Of a stretch of 64,000 nt of DNA, positions 1 to 13,394 are shown piece by piece (the stretch's first letter is position 1; each line of letters begins with the position of its first letter). The DNA comes from Adineta vaga (lineage: Eukaryota > Animalia > Rotifera). Below the pieces are notes generated by a model. That model made no database searches. It saw only the letters and a program-made list of their open reading frames with translations, and had not been told where the DNA came from. The stretch lies in the NCBI GenBank assembly GCA_021613535.1, contig CP075494.1, positions 5,952,001 through 6,016,000 on the forward strand. Direction: 5' to 3'. Position numbers and translations under genes: made by a program.

Positions 1-1552
1 CCGGGATTTTCATGTTACCGACGTCAATTGTAATTTGAGTGACTGTCGTCGATATATTATTCGAAACGACTGAATGAAATAAGAAACTATAGTTCAGAAA
101 GCTTTATTCCTTTCTCTCTCTCTCTCTTTCTCCGGTGTATTGTACGACTTATTTTAATCATTTTATGATTAAATACGTATAAAAAATGTCTATAGAGAAA
201 TCTAATTTTCTCAATCGATCGACGTCATTGACTAATAAGAAGGTAAAAGTAAATGAATATTTTTCATCTTACATCTTTTGTTTCTATTTGACATGAAATG
301 TATGGGGAAATTGTTGAACAAAAACAATAAATCTATCTGGAAATTAAAAAATAATAATAAGATCGGTCACGAAAGTAGAACATAAGGTCATTATATATAT
401 ATATATATGTATTGTTGTTTTTGATTGATAATTATTTTTGAAAAAGGTCCTTACGATTGATTAATAAACTTACCAGAAAAGTCTGAGAATGAATATTATT
501 CTATGACGTCAATAATCTAGAAAATACCAATGAGAATTGTTGTTCAGTTTCTGACTTTTGTTCAATCTACTTTTTCACTGGAATATCAGACATTATGTCG
601 AGAGATTATTATAAACAAATCGAAATCACGATAACTTTTATTATTCATCTATCTTCAGTCAGATTCGAATATACATATATTGTTCAGTGAAAACTCAACG
701 TTTTCATACCTTGATACGATATTGGCAAACATAATCAAGATAATTGTCATACTAAATTCATTCAAATACGATGACACTTTGATCATACTATAAAAAGTGA
801 ATGTCCTTTTTTTATGACTTGATTTTTATCAAGAAACGTGTTTTGACAACACATTATTTAGTTGATTGAAATTGTGCCATTGCTGACTTATCACGAATAA
901 TTCCATTATTAATTATTTGCATACTCTCTACAATATTCTGAAATACATAAATACAAATATGAATTTGATTAATAGACATCGAACGATATTTTGTAATTGA
1001 TGTGAATTATTGTAATACTATTATTTATTAACTTTCAAAGCGTCAGTAATTATCATTACAATCAATATTAGATTTACCTATTGCCTGTTCATACAAAAAG
1101 ACATCGGAGAAAAAATATTTTTGTTACACTAAGTCCTGATGTTTCGTCTTGAACTAGCATTACAAAACGATTTATATTCACAGTTCTCTCTCGATCTTGA
1201 TTTTGACAATAACAAACATGTTATTGTTAGTAGAAGATAAACCGTATTGATTATAATTTGTAAATAAAATGATGTCACAGATCAACATCAGCACGAGAAA
1301 GAAAAGGGAAACATTGTCAAGAGTTTTTTTACAACCTTGAAAAAATTCAAAAAAGTCTACAAACAAGTATTTTTTTTTCTTTCTTTTGTAAATAGATAAT
1401 CATTTCTATTGACAATTCAAATGGCTTTTCTCTCTTATTTTGTTTCAATGATAAATTACTGAGTAAAATTCGCTGAAAGATTTTAAATCATTCCTATTCA
1501 AATGTTAGTAAAACAAAATTATCTAATTGCATATATTCTTTACTTTTTCTAG

Positions 1553-4500
1553 ATGTCTACAGATTCCCAAACGAATGATATAAACAAATTTATTGAGAAT
1601 AATTTAAAATCTCGTACATGTAAGGTTTATAATCGACAGGCCAAGCCAGCCAAAGATAAACCAGAAGATGCATGCGCATGCGGACGATTAATTCGCTGTC
1701 ATAGTTTCTCAGGTGAGTCTCAGCAAGTTCAGGCAAAAAAGAACAATAAATTCGACTGGAAGCTTCCCCCGAAATTTCAAACCAAACATTACAGCACAGC
1801 TGCTCCTGTTAGTGTATATGGAGAATTAGAATTCAAATCTAACAGTTGTCAATTTCTGCGATTGGAAAATCAGTCGGATCCGAAAAATGTCTATGACTAT
1901 TTGGTTAAATGTTGTGAAGGAAAAAAACCAGCCATGATTCTAAGTGTTTATGGTGGTGCGAAATATTTTACAATGACAGAACGGTTACAAAAAGAAATTA
2001 TTCGAGGTATTATTGATGCTGCTACAAAAGCCGGTAAGTACCTTATATATTGAATTCATTATTGATATATCTTTTTGATTTTCAGAAGCATGGATTTTAA
2101 CAACTGGTATAAATACTGGTGTGTCAAAATTAGTTGGTGAAGGTATATCTCATCATCGTGTATTGAAAGAAGATTCCGATACTTTTAAACTTGTTTGCAT
2201 TGGTCTAACAATGTGGGGTACAATAAATGAAACAACACGTTTAGAATTGAAACGTGCGTCTGAAGTAATGAATTAAGAAGAATATTTATCAAAAATAAAA
2301 GATTTTTTGATTTGCTTTCATAGAAATATCCAAGTTCGTTACATGTTCGACAAATTCCCGACGCGGTCAAAGAGAATAATGAAACAATTGAAAAAAATCA
2401 TACACATTGTCTTTTATTCGATAATGGAAATTTATATGATTATCTTGGGGATGATCAACGCAATGATTTGGTTGACGTCGCATGTAAAGATAAAGATCAA
2501 ACGTGTATGTAATCTTGAAATTTCCACATTATTCTTTATTCATCAATGTTAACAGGTTATGCTGTAACGATTATTGTCGAAGGAGGAAAAAATACAATAG
2601 GAGTTATTGCAAATGATCTGAAAAACAATCGACCGGTCGTTTTAATTCAAGTATGTAATGAAATATCTAATATGAAATTAAAAAAAAAGAATCGCTATAA
2701 CACAAATATTAGGGCAGTGGTCGATTAGCTGATGTTCTTGCTTTATTACTTGAACAACTCTCAAATTCGAAAACTAATCAGGAATCGTAAAATGATATTG
2801 TTTTCAATTTAAGTTTGCAAACAAAATTGTTGTATTTTAGTGTGCCAACAAACGAAGATATGTTAAAAGCTATAGATAAATTCTTTTCTAATCTTGAACA
2901 AGAAGAAATTAAAGATATGATAGATGGGCTGAATAGTGTTTTAGTATCGGAGAAACGTCATCTACTAAATGTTTTCTCTTTGAATCAAGAACGAAGTGTA
3001 ACAGAAACGATTTTTAATGCAATTTTTACTCGTACTAGTAGGTATACTAATAATAGTCATTTAAGGGAATAATCATTCGATATTTACTTTCTAGTTGGCA
3101 ATAAATCAGTTCCAAATGCACAGACAATTGCTCATGATTCGAATCAAAAACAAGTTCCGCAACATTCGCAGGAAGAAACTGTGCAACAACAGAAAGATGA
3201 TGATAAACTACTTGATTTAGCATTGAAATGGAATTTCATTGATGGTGCTTTACCAATATTAAATCGACGGCAAGATGCAATGATCAGAACTGGAAAAGTG
3301 ACTGAGATATAAAACTTCTCATTTTAAAGCAACAAAAGAATCATCAATTTCAATCATAGGCCAATATGGCATGCTATCGAAAACTATTCAAAGATGCTTT
3401 AAAAACTGATCGTTTCGCATTTGTGGAATATTTTCTTGCTGCTGGTTTTGATCCAGGTTCTTTACTCGAAATTCAAGATCAAACAGGAAGTTATGATACA
3501 AACCTTGTCAACTTATACAATGAAAGTCTTGAAGAGATGTCAATCGTAAGAGTATGAAAAATGAAGTTTTCTCTTCATTGTTAAGATATTCTCTAGAAAA
3601 GAAATAATCATGCAAAATGTTATAAAACACTATTTCATCAGGCATCTGCCATGAAAATCGAACGAGTCGAAACAATCGATAAGATGTTAAACAAATGTAT
3701 TGGCGCATTTATTGGAAGAATCTATCATTCGTCAACAGAAACTATTACAGAACGTATATCTATAGATTTAGAAAATCATGTATGTTCCTGTTGCAGATTC
3801 GGCCAAAAGCATTCCGACAATAAGTCTGAAAAACTGAATAGTTCTATAGAAAACACCAGAGCACCTGCCGCTGGGCAAGATACAAAGAAAGCGTCGTCTT
3901 CAAAAGAATTACTATTACGTGATCTTTTCTTATGGTCTGTATTTATGGATATGCCAGAAATGGCAAAAGTATTTCTTGTTTATCAACCATGTCTTATATG
4001 TGCTGCTTTGATTGCATCAGCTATATTGAAAAAATTTTTAAAATCATCAGCAGATGTTGATCATAAGGAAAAACTCAATACTCAAGCACTGGAATTTGAA
4101 ACATTAGCAGCAGAATTTATTAATAATTGTTATGAATATAAAGATGAATTAGCTTGTCAATTACTTTTACGAGAAATACCACTTTTTGGTGGAGTAACAT
4201 GTATGCAAGTACGAATAATCTATTCATATTGTGTAAAAATATTAACAAACGGGTCTTTCTAGGTTGCTATTTCAAGTGAAAGTAAAAAGTTAGTAGAAAC
4301 AGCATGTTTTGATCAAGCATTAACTCAAGTATGGTACAATAAATTATCACTTACAAAACGTCATAAACATAATAGATTATCACAATTCTTGTCATTGTTA
4401 ACATTGGGTTTTCTAGCACCTTTATTTAATTTCTTTCAAGAAATGGACACTGTATGTAAACAATATAATATAATTTAAAATGAAGACTTTGATTTTCTCT

Positions 4501-6641
4501 TCATTCTAGAATACCAACAAAACATCGTGAGTTTTGATATTTTTCTTATCATTGAGTTTTTCAATAAAATTCTTTATTCATTTAAGATTATCTACAAGAG
4601 GTATTAATTATTATGTTAATGAAAATTTATCTAAAGGATCATCATGGCAAAAGTTCAAGATTCGATTTCGTTATTTTCATCAAAGTCCATTGATCAAAAT
4701 GTGTTATCATTTCGTAAATAAATTCATATTGAAAACCCTAATTCTTTATTCTCATTATTTAGATCAGTTATATTTGGTTTTTATTAGTCTTTAGTTATAT
4801 GATGCTCTATCATCTTGATAGTCCAGCAACATTTCGAATTCCTCATTGGACTGAAATCTATATCATTATTACAGTATCAACAATGTTATGTGAGGAAATT
4901 CGGAAAGTAATTCAAATTTTATCTGTCTAAATAACTATAGAATTCATTTTCAAATGTATAGATCTATCGTGAATATAGAAAACACATGCTTGAACAATGG
5001 GGTTCAACAGGATCGACTATTCTAACAGTTTTAACAAATGTATTCTATATGATGCCTTATTTTCTATTTTATTTGGGACTTGGATTTCGATATCGAGGTT
5101 ATGATGAACATATACTAGCTACTGCAAGGTTTGTTTGAAACAGTATGAAGAATAGAATATAACGAATGAGTTTATTATAGAATCATTTGGGCATTCGATT
5201 TGGAAATATGGTATATTAGTTCATTGAAATTTCTTGTTGCATTGAAAGATGTTGGACCAAAATTGTTTATGTTAAAAAATATGGTTTGTAATTTTTTGAA
5301 ATTAAATTCGATTTTTTTTTGTTAAATTAATGAAATTTTAGCTTCGAGATCTTGCTGCTTTCTTATATATGATCTTTATTGCCATTGCTGCATATGGTGT
5401 TGTGTCACGTGCATTGATTCTTTATAAAGAAGTTCCTTTTACTGCTAGTGCTTTATTCAAAGAAATCTTCTATGAACCATATTGGTTTATATATGGTGAA
5501 GTTTCAGATAAAAATTTACTCGATGGTAAAGATTCACGAAATCTCAATCAGTGATTTATTCGTTTCATTTTAGAGAAAATTCTTAATGGTTCAGCATCTG
5601 TAGCTGCTCAAGCAACAGCTACACATATTATTCTTGCCTTTCATATGTTATTTATTAATATTCTTATTTTGAATCTATTAATTGCTGTTTTTACGTAAGA
5701 AAATAGTTGTTATTTTTAATTTCATAGACTATTGTCTAATTTGTAGTCATACAATTGATAAAGTTCGAGCTGATACAGAATTTTATTGGCGTTATCAACG
5801 TTATTCATTTATTCGTGAGTATTTCGAACAACCACCTTGGGCTTATCCACCATTGATATTCTTTGTACATGCCGTGCTACTTTTTCTTGTTGTCACTCGA
5901 AAACTAAAACGCCGTCGCAATCAAATTGCCGATGAAAAACATCAGTTAGAATCGAGACAAAAGTTACATATTTTTAGTAAGATAAATAAGTCGTCTGTAG
6001 ATCTGATTTAATAAACATGATTTTGAAAAATATCTTTTAGAAATGATTCCATTAAATGATACTCAAGAAAAATGGGATCATTTTGAGAATGCTGCAACAC
6101 ATAGTACTGCTTATTCATTAATTAAAACAAATAAAAAGAAAGATTTAAGTACATCTGATAAAATCTTTTCAAAAGATTCATTAAATACAACTGAGTATAA
6201 TGACTTCGTTCTTCTTTTTATTTCATCATATTCACTATCAATATTTTAGATCCGATGTAATGAAATTAATTACTGAACAACAGCAAAAAATTGCGAATTT
6301 AAATAAAGAAATTGTCAAAATAGAAAAAATTGTTAATGATAATCAAATCCATATTGCAGACGTATATAGAATTGTATTTCTTAAACTATTTCATTTATAC
6401 TTCGTTTGTTTAGATTAATAAGTACACTCAAGATCATTCAGAAAATGTAAGTGTATTATGAATAGAATTTTTCAAGCAGAAAGAATTTGTTATCTATATT
6501 AAGATAAGCAAGTCATTAAAATTTATAATGGATGCTATAGTACGAGTAAAAATGAATGATCCGAATGTCCAACCACCTAAATTAGAATCGTCATCTGCTG
6601 ATGAAACTGTTCTAACAACAATATCTGATCAAACAGCTTAG
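1553..6641 (+). CDS. TRPM-family (melastatin) cation channel, multi-exon
   Basis: N-terminal CACGRLIRCH; SLOG/MHR motifs LSVYGGAKYF and AWILTTGINTGVSKLVG; LFLWSVF...ICAALIAS (MHR4); pore EPYWFIYGEV; S6 ILNLLIAVF; TRP box YWRYQRY; C-terminal coiled coil. Fragments join through short GT-AG introns, including a 17-nt exon at 4510-4526. Stop TAG 6639-6641. Confidence 0.93.
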
Positions 6642-7169
6642 TTGATGACGATTTCTAATTGATGGAAGAAATTATTCTCGATATTTTTCTATACTCATAT
6701 TTTTGATTTTAGTTTGAAATATATATTTATTGAAGTAAATTTTAATTATCATTATTCTTCGTGAGTCAAATGAAAATAGTATAGCTTTGATTGCACGATA
6801 GGTTATTCTCGTGCATAAAAATATTGATGATGAAATCACGCAGAAGAACAAAAAAATAAGGAAATGACATATGGTTTCATCATTACTGATGAAATTATGA
6901 CTTGATCTTGCTGTCTTATCAAATGTTAGCAATTCGAATAAAGAAACATTTGCTATTCTCTTCCTCTGATGTGTTATTTCATCGTTTTTATTTTACTCTG
7001 TTACAAACATGTTGTGCAATAAAATCTACTATATATATAAACACATGTATTATCTAAAACAAAATCAATCTTTTAAGTAACAGCAACACAATACATATTC
7101 GATACTCAGTTTTTATACGTATTTTCATCTGAGCCACTTCTTTTCAATTTTATATTTATTGGAATAAAA

Positions 7170-9167
7170 AGTAAGCTATAGCAATAATAAATTATGTCCC
7201 TATAAATTTTAACGTCATGTATTTTTCAGTGTATCGTGGACGCGGACGCGGAGGTGGTCGTGGTGGACGCGGAGCTAGTCGTGGACGCGGAGGCAGTCGT
7301 GGACGCGGAGCTAGCCGTGGACGTGGAGCTATTCGCGGTAGAAGTCGTGGAAGTTTTCGATCTGCACGTTCTCGATCGATGGATACTGATCAAGCAGTAA
7401 CTTCAGCTAATATCCTTGTTGATTTGAATATTAATATTGATTCTAAACCATTCTTCGTCAATGCTAATGTTACAATTGATCAACATATTCAAGCACAAAC
7501 GGCTAATCTTCCTCGATATTTAGCTACTCTATTCACACTTGATGAAAGTAATGTTGAAATTGGACAAAAAGCAAAAGCATGTGTTTTAGCTGCTGCTTGG
7601 TGTCGACATGATCATCAGTTAGCAAATAATCTTCTTCGTTATCGAAATTTATTTACTTTAACTGAAGTCCTCAAAGCAGTAACTATGCTAGATGCAGCTC
7701 GACAAATTCGTGCTCATGAAAAACAATTAAAACGTCTTGAATTAAGTAAAACAAAACCTAAAGCAACCAAATTAGGTAAAATCAAAAACAATATCGATAA
7801 TTTAAATAAACTTAAACCATCACTTGGATCAGCAAGTGGTGCTGTTGCTCGACATGTTCAGCGTTGGACTCGTACATTATCAACACAAGAATTAGAGTAC
7901 TTTGCATTACATATGCCAACAGAACCATGGAAAAAATTAGCAGATATTGTACATTTCAATCCAACGAAAGATTTTCCAGCTTTACCATGGTTTTTACCAT
8001 TTTGTTTTGGTTCACCGGCTCCAGTTGATACAATGGTAGCTCGTTGTCGTGATATTACAGCTGAGAATATCAATACTTTATTGAAAGAATTCAAAATTCC
8101 CTATTCGCATCTAAAACAATTGAAAGATCAATTAAATAACTTTTCAAAAGCTAAAATTGCATCCTATGAAGAGAAATTAGATACGATTCTATGGTATTAT
8201 GAAGACTTACAATGTGAAGAAGTTGACGAGATTATCACTGATCGTTTACGAAATGGTGAACAAATTCATTTACCATATGGTAAATTGATGGAACGTCTAT
8301 TGCTTCTTCGTACACTATTAGATAATAATATAATTCAACAGTCTGCTAAAACAAAAAAAGCAACACTCTATTCCGATCTATTATTAGTTGCCGAAACGCA
8401 ATTACAAAAGATCAAATTACCATTAGAATCACCTGTTGCTGTGATGGGTGATGCTTCAAGTTCTATGGATGTTGCTATTCGTACGGCAACTATTCTTTCA
8501 TCCTTTTTAACAGCAATTTGTTCAGCAAAATTGAACTTCTTCAATAGTAAAGTATTTTTACCAGCATTTACACCAAAAACAATTGAAGATGTTCTAAATT
8601 TGGCTTTACAAACACGTGCTAGTGGTTCAACAGCAAATGCCGCTGGTCTTGTACCATATTTTAATGGTAAAGAAATCATCAAAACATTTGTTATGGTTAC
8701 AGATGAAGAAGAAAATACCAATGCAGAGGTAGCAGATGGTACATCAACAGGATTTTTTAATTTATTTATGAGATATCGTCAAGAAATCTATCCTGCTAAA
8801 TTGGTATTCATCTCATTTCTTCGTCATCAGCATGACAAAGGAGAAATGTACGAGAAATTTGAAGAAGAAAATGTACCCGATGTCATTCAAGTAAGTTTTA
8901 AATAGAAAAGAGAAAATTATTATTTTCCATATTCAATATTCTTATTTGTTTTTGTTTTAGTTCAAATTTAATGGACAACGTCCAGATCTGACCAAAATAG
9001 ATAATCTATTAGGTTTATTATCGACTGGTTCAGCAACGTCATTTGATGATAGAATAGGAGCATTGCAAAATGAATTTCAACAGAATGATATAGCAACAGT
9101 GATTACGAAATTACTCAGTAAGCAAGAGAATAATGCAGTACCAATGGACACAATGACAACGAACTAA
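7170..9167 (+). CDS. N-terminal RGG/RG-box protein with helical middle region and C-terminal vWA domain (Ro60/TROVE-like architecture)
   Basis: 562-aa ORF 7217-8905. RG-rich start; MIDAS-type VMGDASSSM, GSTANA and FVMVTDEEEN resemble the Ro60 vWA motifs. Intron 8891-8960, last exon FKFNGQRPDLTK...TTN*. The start ATG appears split by intron 7171-7229. Confidence 0.72.
7264..7340 (+). repeat. 18-bp coding tandem repeat (cgtggacgcggagctagt-like) encoding RGRGAS/RGRGGS units
   Basis: About four imperfect copies are directly visible; a GC-rich island in AT-rich DNA. Confidence 0.85.
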
Positions 9168-10406
9168 ATATTCTTCTTTTTTCGTTATATTTCTGTATAG
9201 ATAATATGTAAATCCATGAAATTTTTTTTTGTTATTGAATGATAACGATAATGATAATGAAAAAAAAGATTTTGTAGCCAAGATATCATAGACAAATACT
9301 AGGTTTTTTTATTCATCTTCTTTCGTGTGGGTTCACATGTTTTTTAATGAAGAAAAAAAAACATCTCATTATCAATATATCCTATCATAGTATTGAATAA
9401 TTGAATTGTACCATGTAGACATAATAGATTCGACAAATTAAATTGTTTACGTTTTAATTTTCCAATCGGTACCATTTTCTCAATCAATATCAATCAGTTG
9501 ATTTATTCGTGAACGCAGGTCATTGATATTGTTTTCGTTCATTGTCTACAGCGCTGGGAAAATATTCTTCGAGTTCTTGACATTTTCATTTATACAGACG
9601 ATCGATTTCTTTATAGCAATCATGACGCCATTTGACATTTCCAAGTATGAGAAATGGAGAAGGTAAGTTTATATTTTGCATTTAAATAATAATTTTATTA
9701 AAAACAAAACCAACACATAGAAAAAGACTTTTCTCTTTATTCTTATCAAGTTTTATCGTCGTTAATCAATTACAGAGTAAACCGATAATTCGTGAACTAG
9801 AAACATTTTCTATAAACTTCAACTACATAAGAAAATCAGCAGTTCCATAAAAGACTGAGATTATTCTTCCAAGAGTTCTTAGAAAATTTCAAAATTTAAA
9901 TAAACATTTGATTCTTTGACTCATTCGATCGAAATGAATATTTAACGCATGACAGTTAAATCCATATGAAATACTCTTTGAAACTTCATGTCGTTTAATC
10001 TGAACTTTCATCTAAAAATGATGTTACCTAGATGAAGACAAAAAAGAGCAACAGTCATTTGTAAATTGTACTATTCAGATAGGGATTAATAACATTGGAA
10101 GAGAATTCTGAAGAAAAACTTTTGCAACAATGTTATTTATAGGTTCATTCATGAAATTCAATATCATTTGATAAATGTTGAAGAGGACTGTACAAATAGA
10201 TAGAGGAAAAAAACATCGTGTGATATAGTTTCATTATACAAATACGACAATGAACACAAAAATATTATAAAAGTGCATTTTGATCTGTTCAAATGAAAAG
10301 AAAATAGAGAAATTCGATCTGTATATCTGAGAAGACTAATATCAAACGAATATTAACACTCACTAGTGACGAGACATAAATATCTGAACAGTCATTCATT
10401 GATCAA

Positions 10407-11399
10407 ATGTTTCATAGAAGAATTTGTCATATATCACATCGTAATCTTCGTTTTATCATCATAATTTTACTAGCAATTAGTATTCTTTTTCTATTGCTTT
10501 TTATTCTCACTCAAGCAACACATTCATTCTCAACAAGTATAATTCAACAAACAATTATTCTTATTCGTACTTCAAATCGTTGTGAAACTCGTTTAAATTA
10601 TCTTCGTCAAAGTTGGTTATCAACAAATCTTGCTCAACAATCGAATCTCTATTTAATCACCGATCAAATTGCAAAACATACAGATCAAACTGTTCTTAAT
10701 TCATTTTCACATATCATTGAAACAAATTGTTCGGAAACACATAATCAATTTGATTTATGTTGTAAAACTGCTCATGAATTTGAATTGTATTATAATTTAA
10801 CACAAATAAATACAAATATTCATTGGATGTGTCGATTTGATGATGATCAATATGTTAATTTAAAGAATTTATATCAATTTCTATCTCAATTCAATTCGTC
10901 TCATTCATACTATATCGGTCGAACAAGTATTGATGATCGATTAAAAGCTGATGATCACAAACGAACATATTCATTTGCAACATATGGAGCTGGTGTCTGT
11001 TTTTCTCATTCATTATTACGAAAATTTCAACCACATGTTAATAAAACGATTTTACCAGCTAATTGTATTAAACGAGGCATTTCTGATGATGGCTATATAG
11101 GTTATTTATCTGAAATTCTGCTAAACATATCTTTAACATCCTTCCAAGAACTTTTTCATTCACATTTAGAAAAACTTGATATGTCATTTCGTTCGTTTAC
11201 TCTAGACTATTTACGAACTGCAATTACATTTGGTTTTGCTTGGGATCGATATGATCTTTCATGGATGCCAGTTATTCATCAATTGATCGAATTCATTCAT
11301 AAAAATGAAGAACAATCTGCCAAATATCTTTGGACATTTTTACAAAACTATGAAAAAGAACATCCGAATAGATTAGAACAAAAACGAGATGATTCATGA
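10407..11399 (+). CDS. Fringe-like beta-1,3-N-acetylglucosaminyltransferase (GT31), single coding exon
   Basis: Type II TM anchor; TNCSETH..LCCKTAHEF, WMCRFDDDQYVN (DxD), FATYGAGVCFS, DDGYIGY and LFHSHLE all match fringe motifs. Confidence 0.88.
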   Translation: MFHRRICHISHRNLRFIIIILLAISILFLLLFILTQATHSFSTSIIQQTIILIRTSNRCETRLNYLRQSWLSTNLAQQSNLYLITDQIAKHTDQTVLNSFSHIIETNCSETHNQFDLCCKTAHEFELYYNLTQINTNIHWMCRFDDDQYVNLKNLYQFLSQFNSSHSYYIGRTSIDDRLKADDHKRTYSFATYGAGVCFSHSLLRKFQPHVNKTILPANCIKRGISDDGYIGYLSEILLNISLTSFQELFHSHLEKLDMSFRSFTLDYLRTAITFGFAWDRYDLSWMPVIHQLIEFIHKNEEQSAKYLWTFLQNYEKEHPNRLEQKRDDS

Positions 11400-13373
11400 A
11401 TTTCTCATCAATCAAAATGAAAATAAAGTTAACCATAATTCATGAATAATTGAAGAAATATTTTGACCGATTTTTTAACGAATAATACAGTTAATTGAAT
11501 TGAACGATACTCGAGAAAAGAAAAAGTTGATACTTCATCTATCTCCGAATAGATTGTAAATGGAAATGAATCCATTCAAGCTTTTTATCTTCTGATTGAA
11601 TTAGGAAGAAAAATATGCATTCGATTAGTAATCAATAGTTAAGTATATTCGTTTATCCTGCGAATATCATTCGAGAATAAGAATCATATTTTCTTTTTCT
11701 TTTTCTTTTTTTTTTCATCCAGGACATGCGAACAAAAAGAAAACATCAACACAAATGGCAATCAAAATTTCTTCAAGTAAACAACGCTTAATCTTATTCT
11801 AATGCATAGTTCTCTATTCATCCATCGATCTATTTGAGAAAGTATTAACATATTCGGAAAATATTGGTAACGAAAACAAGTCTTATGGATAAAATATATA
11901 AACAACAATTGGCTAGATTGCTTGCGATCTGTTCTCAATTAGAAAAGCTTGCATGTTGTTGTTATCGAGTTTTCTAATCATCTTATTGAATTATATCTTC
12001 CAAATATAAGGGTCAAGGCATATAACTACCTTCTAGTCATTGACAAAACAGATGTTTGAAAAATACAACATTATGACATCCTTACGCATGATAATTAGAT
12101 AAAAAGCAGCTAAATAAAAAACGATTTTTACATATGTCGAACAAATCTAACATCATATTATCGTTTAGAATTGCAAGATGTCAATATTCATCATTCTGAC
12201 TGATGACAAGTTTTGAAAAGAAATTGACAACAAGTACTTTTTCGGTAAGTTTTCTTCTTCCCCTTCTAAAAATAACAGTTGATGTATACAAAGGTTTTTC
12301 TTGTTTCGTTCTATTAGTTAATTAGATTAGAATCTAATGATGAAAGACAAGCCTAAAAAAATCGATGTCGCCTTTAGTAGACAACGACTGCAAGTATTTC
12401 TAACCGTCTTTATTTCCTTCTTCTTCTTCTTTTTGAATTAACACTTGAATTATCATAGAAAATGAAGAATGATGCGCTTGAGTACATACACATCTTGCGT
12501 ATCATTCGACGACAAGCACTTGACTGAGTTAGGAAATGAAGAATTGATTTTCTTCTTCTTCTTCTTTTTACGTTGCTTGTTAGTATGCAAAGGAAATTGT
12601 GAAGCGGAATTATGTGATTCTGAAAATGAAATTACAAGTTGGTTAAGAGCTTTTTCTTCGGTTCCTCCATCGATGGATCAGTACTAGAAAAGGAAACATG
12701 CTCGTTCGCTTTTATCAACAATAATATGAATGAACAACTCGTAAAACATTTGTTCATTCATTTCATTTTCTATGTTTAGAAATGAAAGTGGCTCGAGCGA
12801 GGAGCGTTAATTGTACTAAATGAACATTCATGATTTCATAACTAACATTCTTTCTCTGTTGTTATTGGTGAATCGAAGAAATAGATTATTGAATTTATCA
12901 ATGCGTGTGTGTGACATAGCAAGACAATATTGAGATCGATTTTATATTCATAAAATACAAAGCCTTCGTTGTTGTTTTTTATCTGATTGATTAAATATTA
13001 ATATAATGCATAATCAGATGATTGTATCTGTTATTCTTTAATCCGAAGATATTGTTGACTTGAAGTTGCACGAGACTTTTGAGTATTAATGAAAAGTGAT
13101 GCTAGTAACGATGGATAATCTAATTCAATTTAGGAAATGCGACGACGCGTATAGATACGTTCGTCAACATAGAAAGCATAGAAAAAGCGAGTTAGTCTCA
13201 TCTGCAATGATGATTTCTAATCTTTTTGTGTGTGTATGTGTATGTATGTTCGAATAATAAGCGAACAAGAAAGAGAAGTAAATTAGCGAATAAAAGAGAA
13301 AGAAAAAGAAAAGTCTAGTGTAATTCTTTAAGTTCATCTATTGAATTAGATTTTTGACAAAAAAGAAAATTGA

Positions 13374-13394
13374 GAAGAAGAAGAAGAAGAAGAA
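13374..13394. repeat. (AAG)n microsatellite
   Basis: Visible gaa/aag run in the intergenic region upstream of the muscarinic receptor. Confidence 0.8.

Noticed and set aside
7858-8721. Antisense ORFs 7858-8094 and 8368-8721 (and similar ones at 37532, 45635, 46861, 63020)
   Set aside because: They lie opposite strong coding exons, have no motifs, and are explained by codon bias of the sense gene.
9170-10400. Searched for a Y-RNA-like gene next to the Ro60-like protein
   Set aside because: No terminal stem with a bulged-C Ro-binding motif plus oligo-T terminator could be identified by eye; a covariance-model search would be needed.
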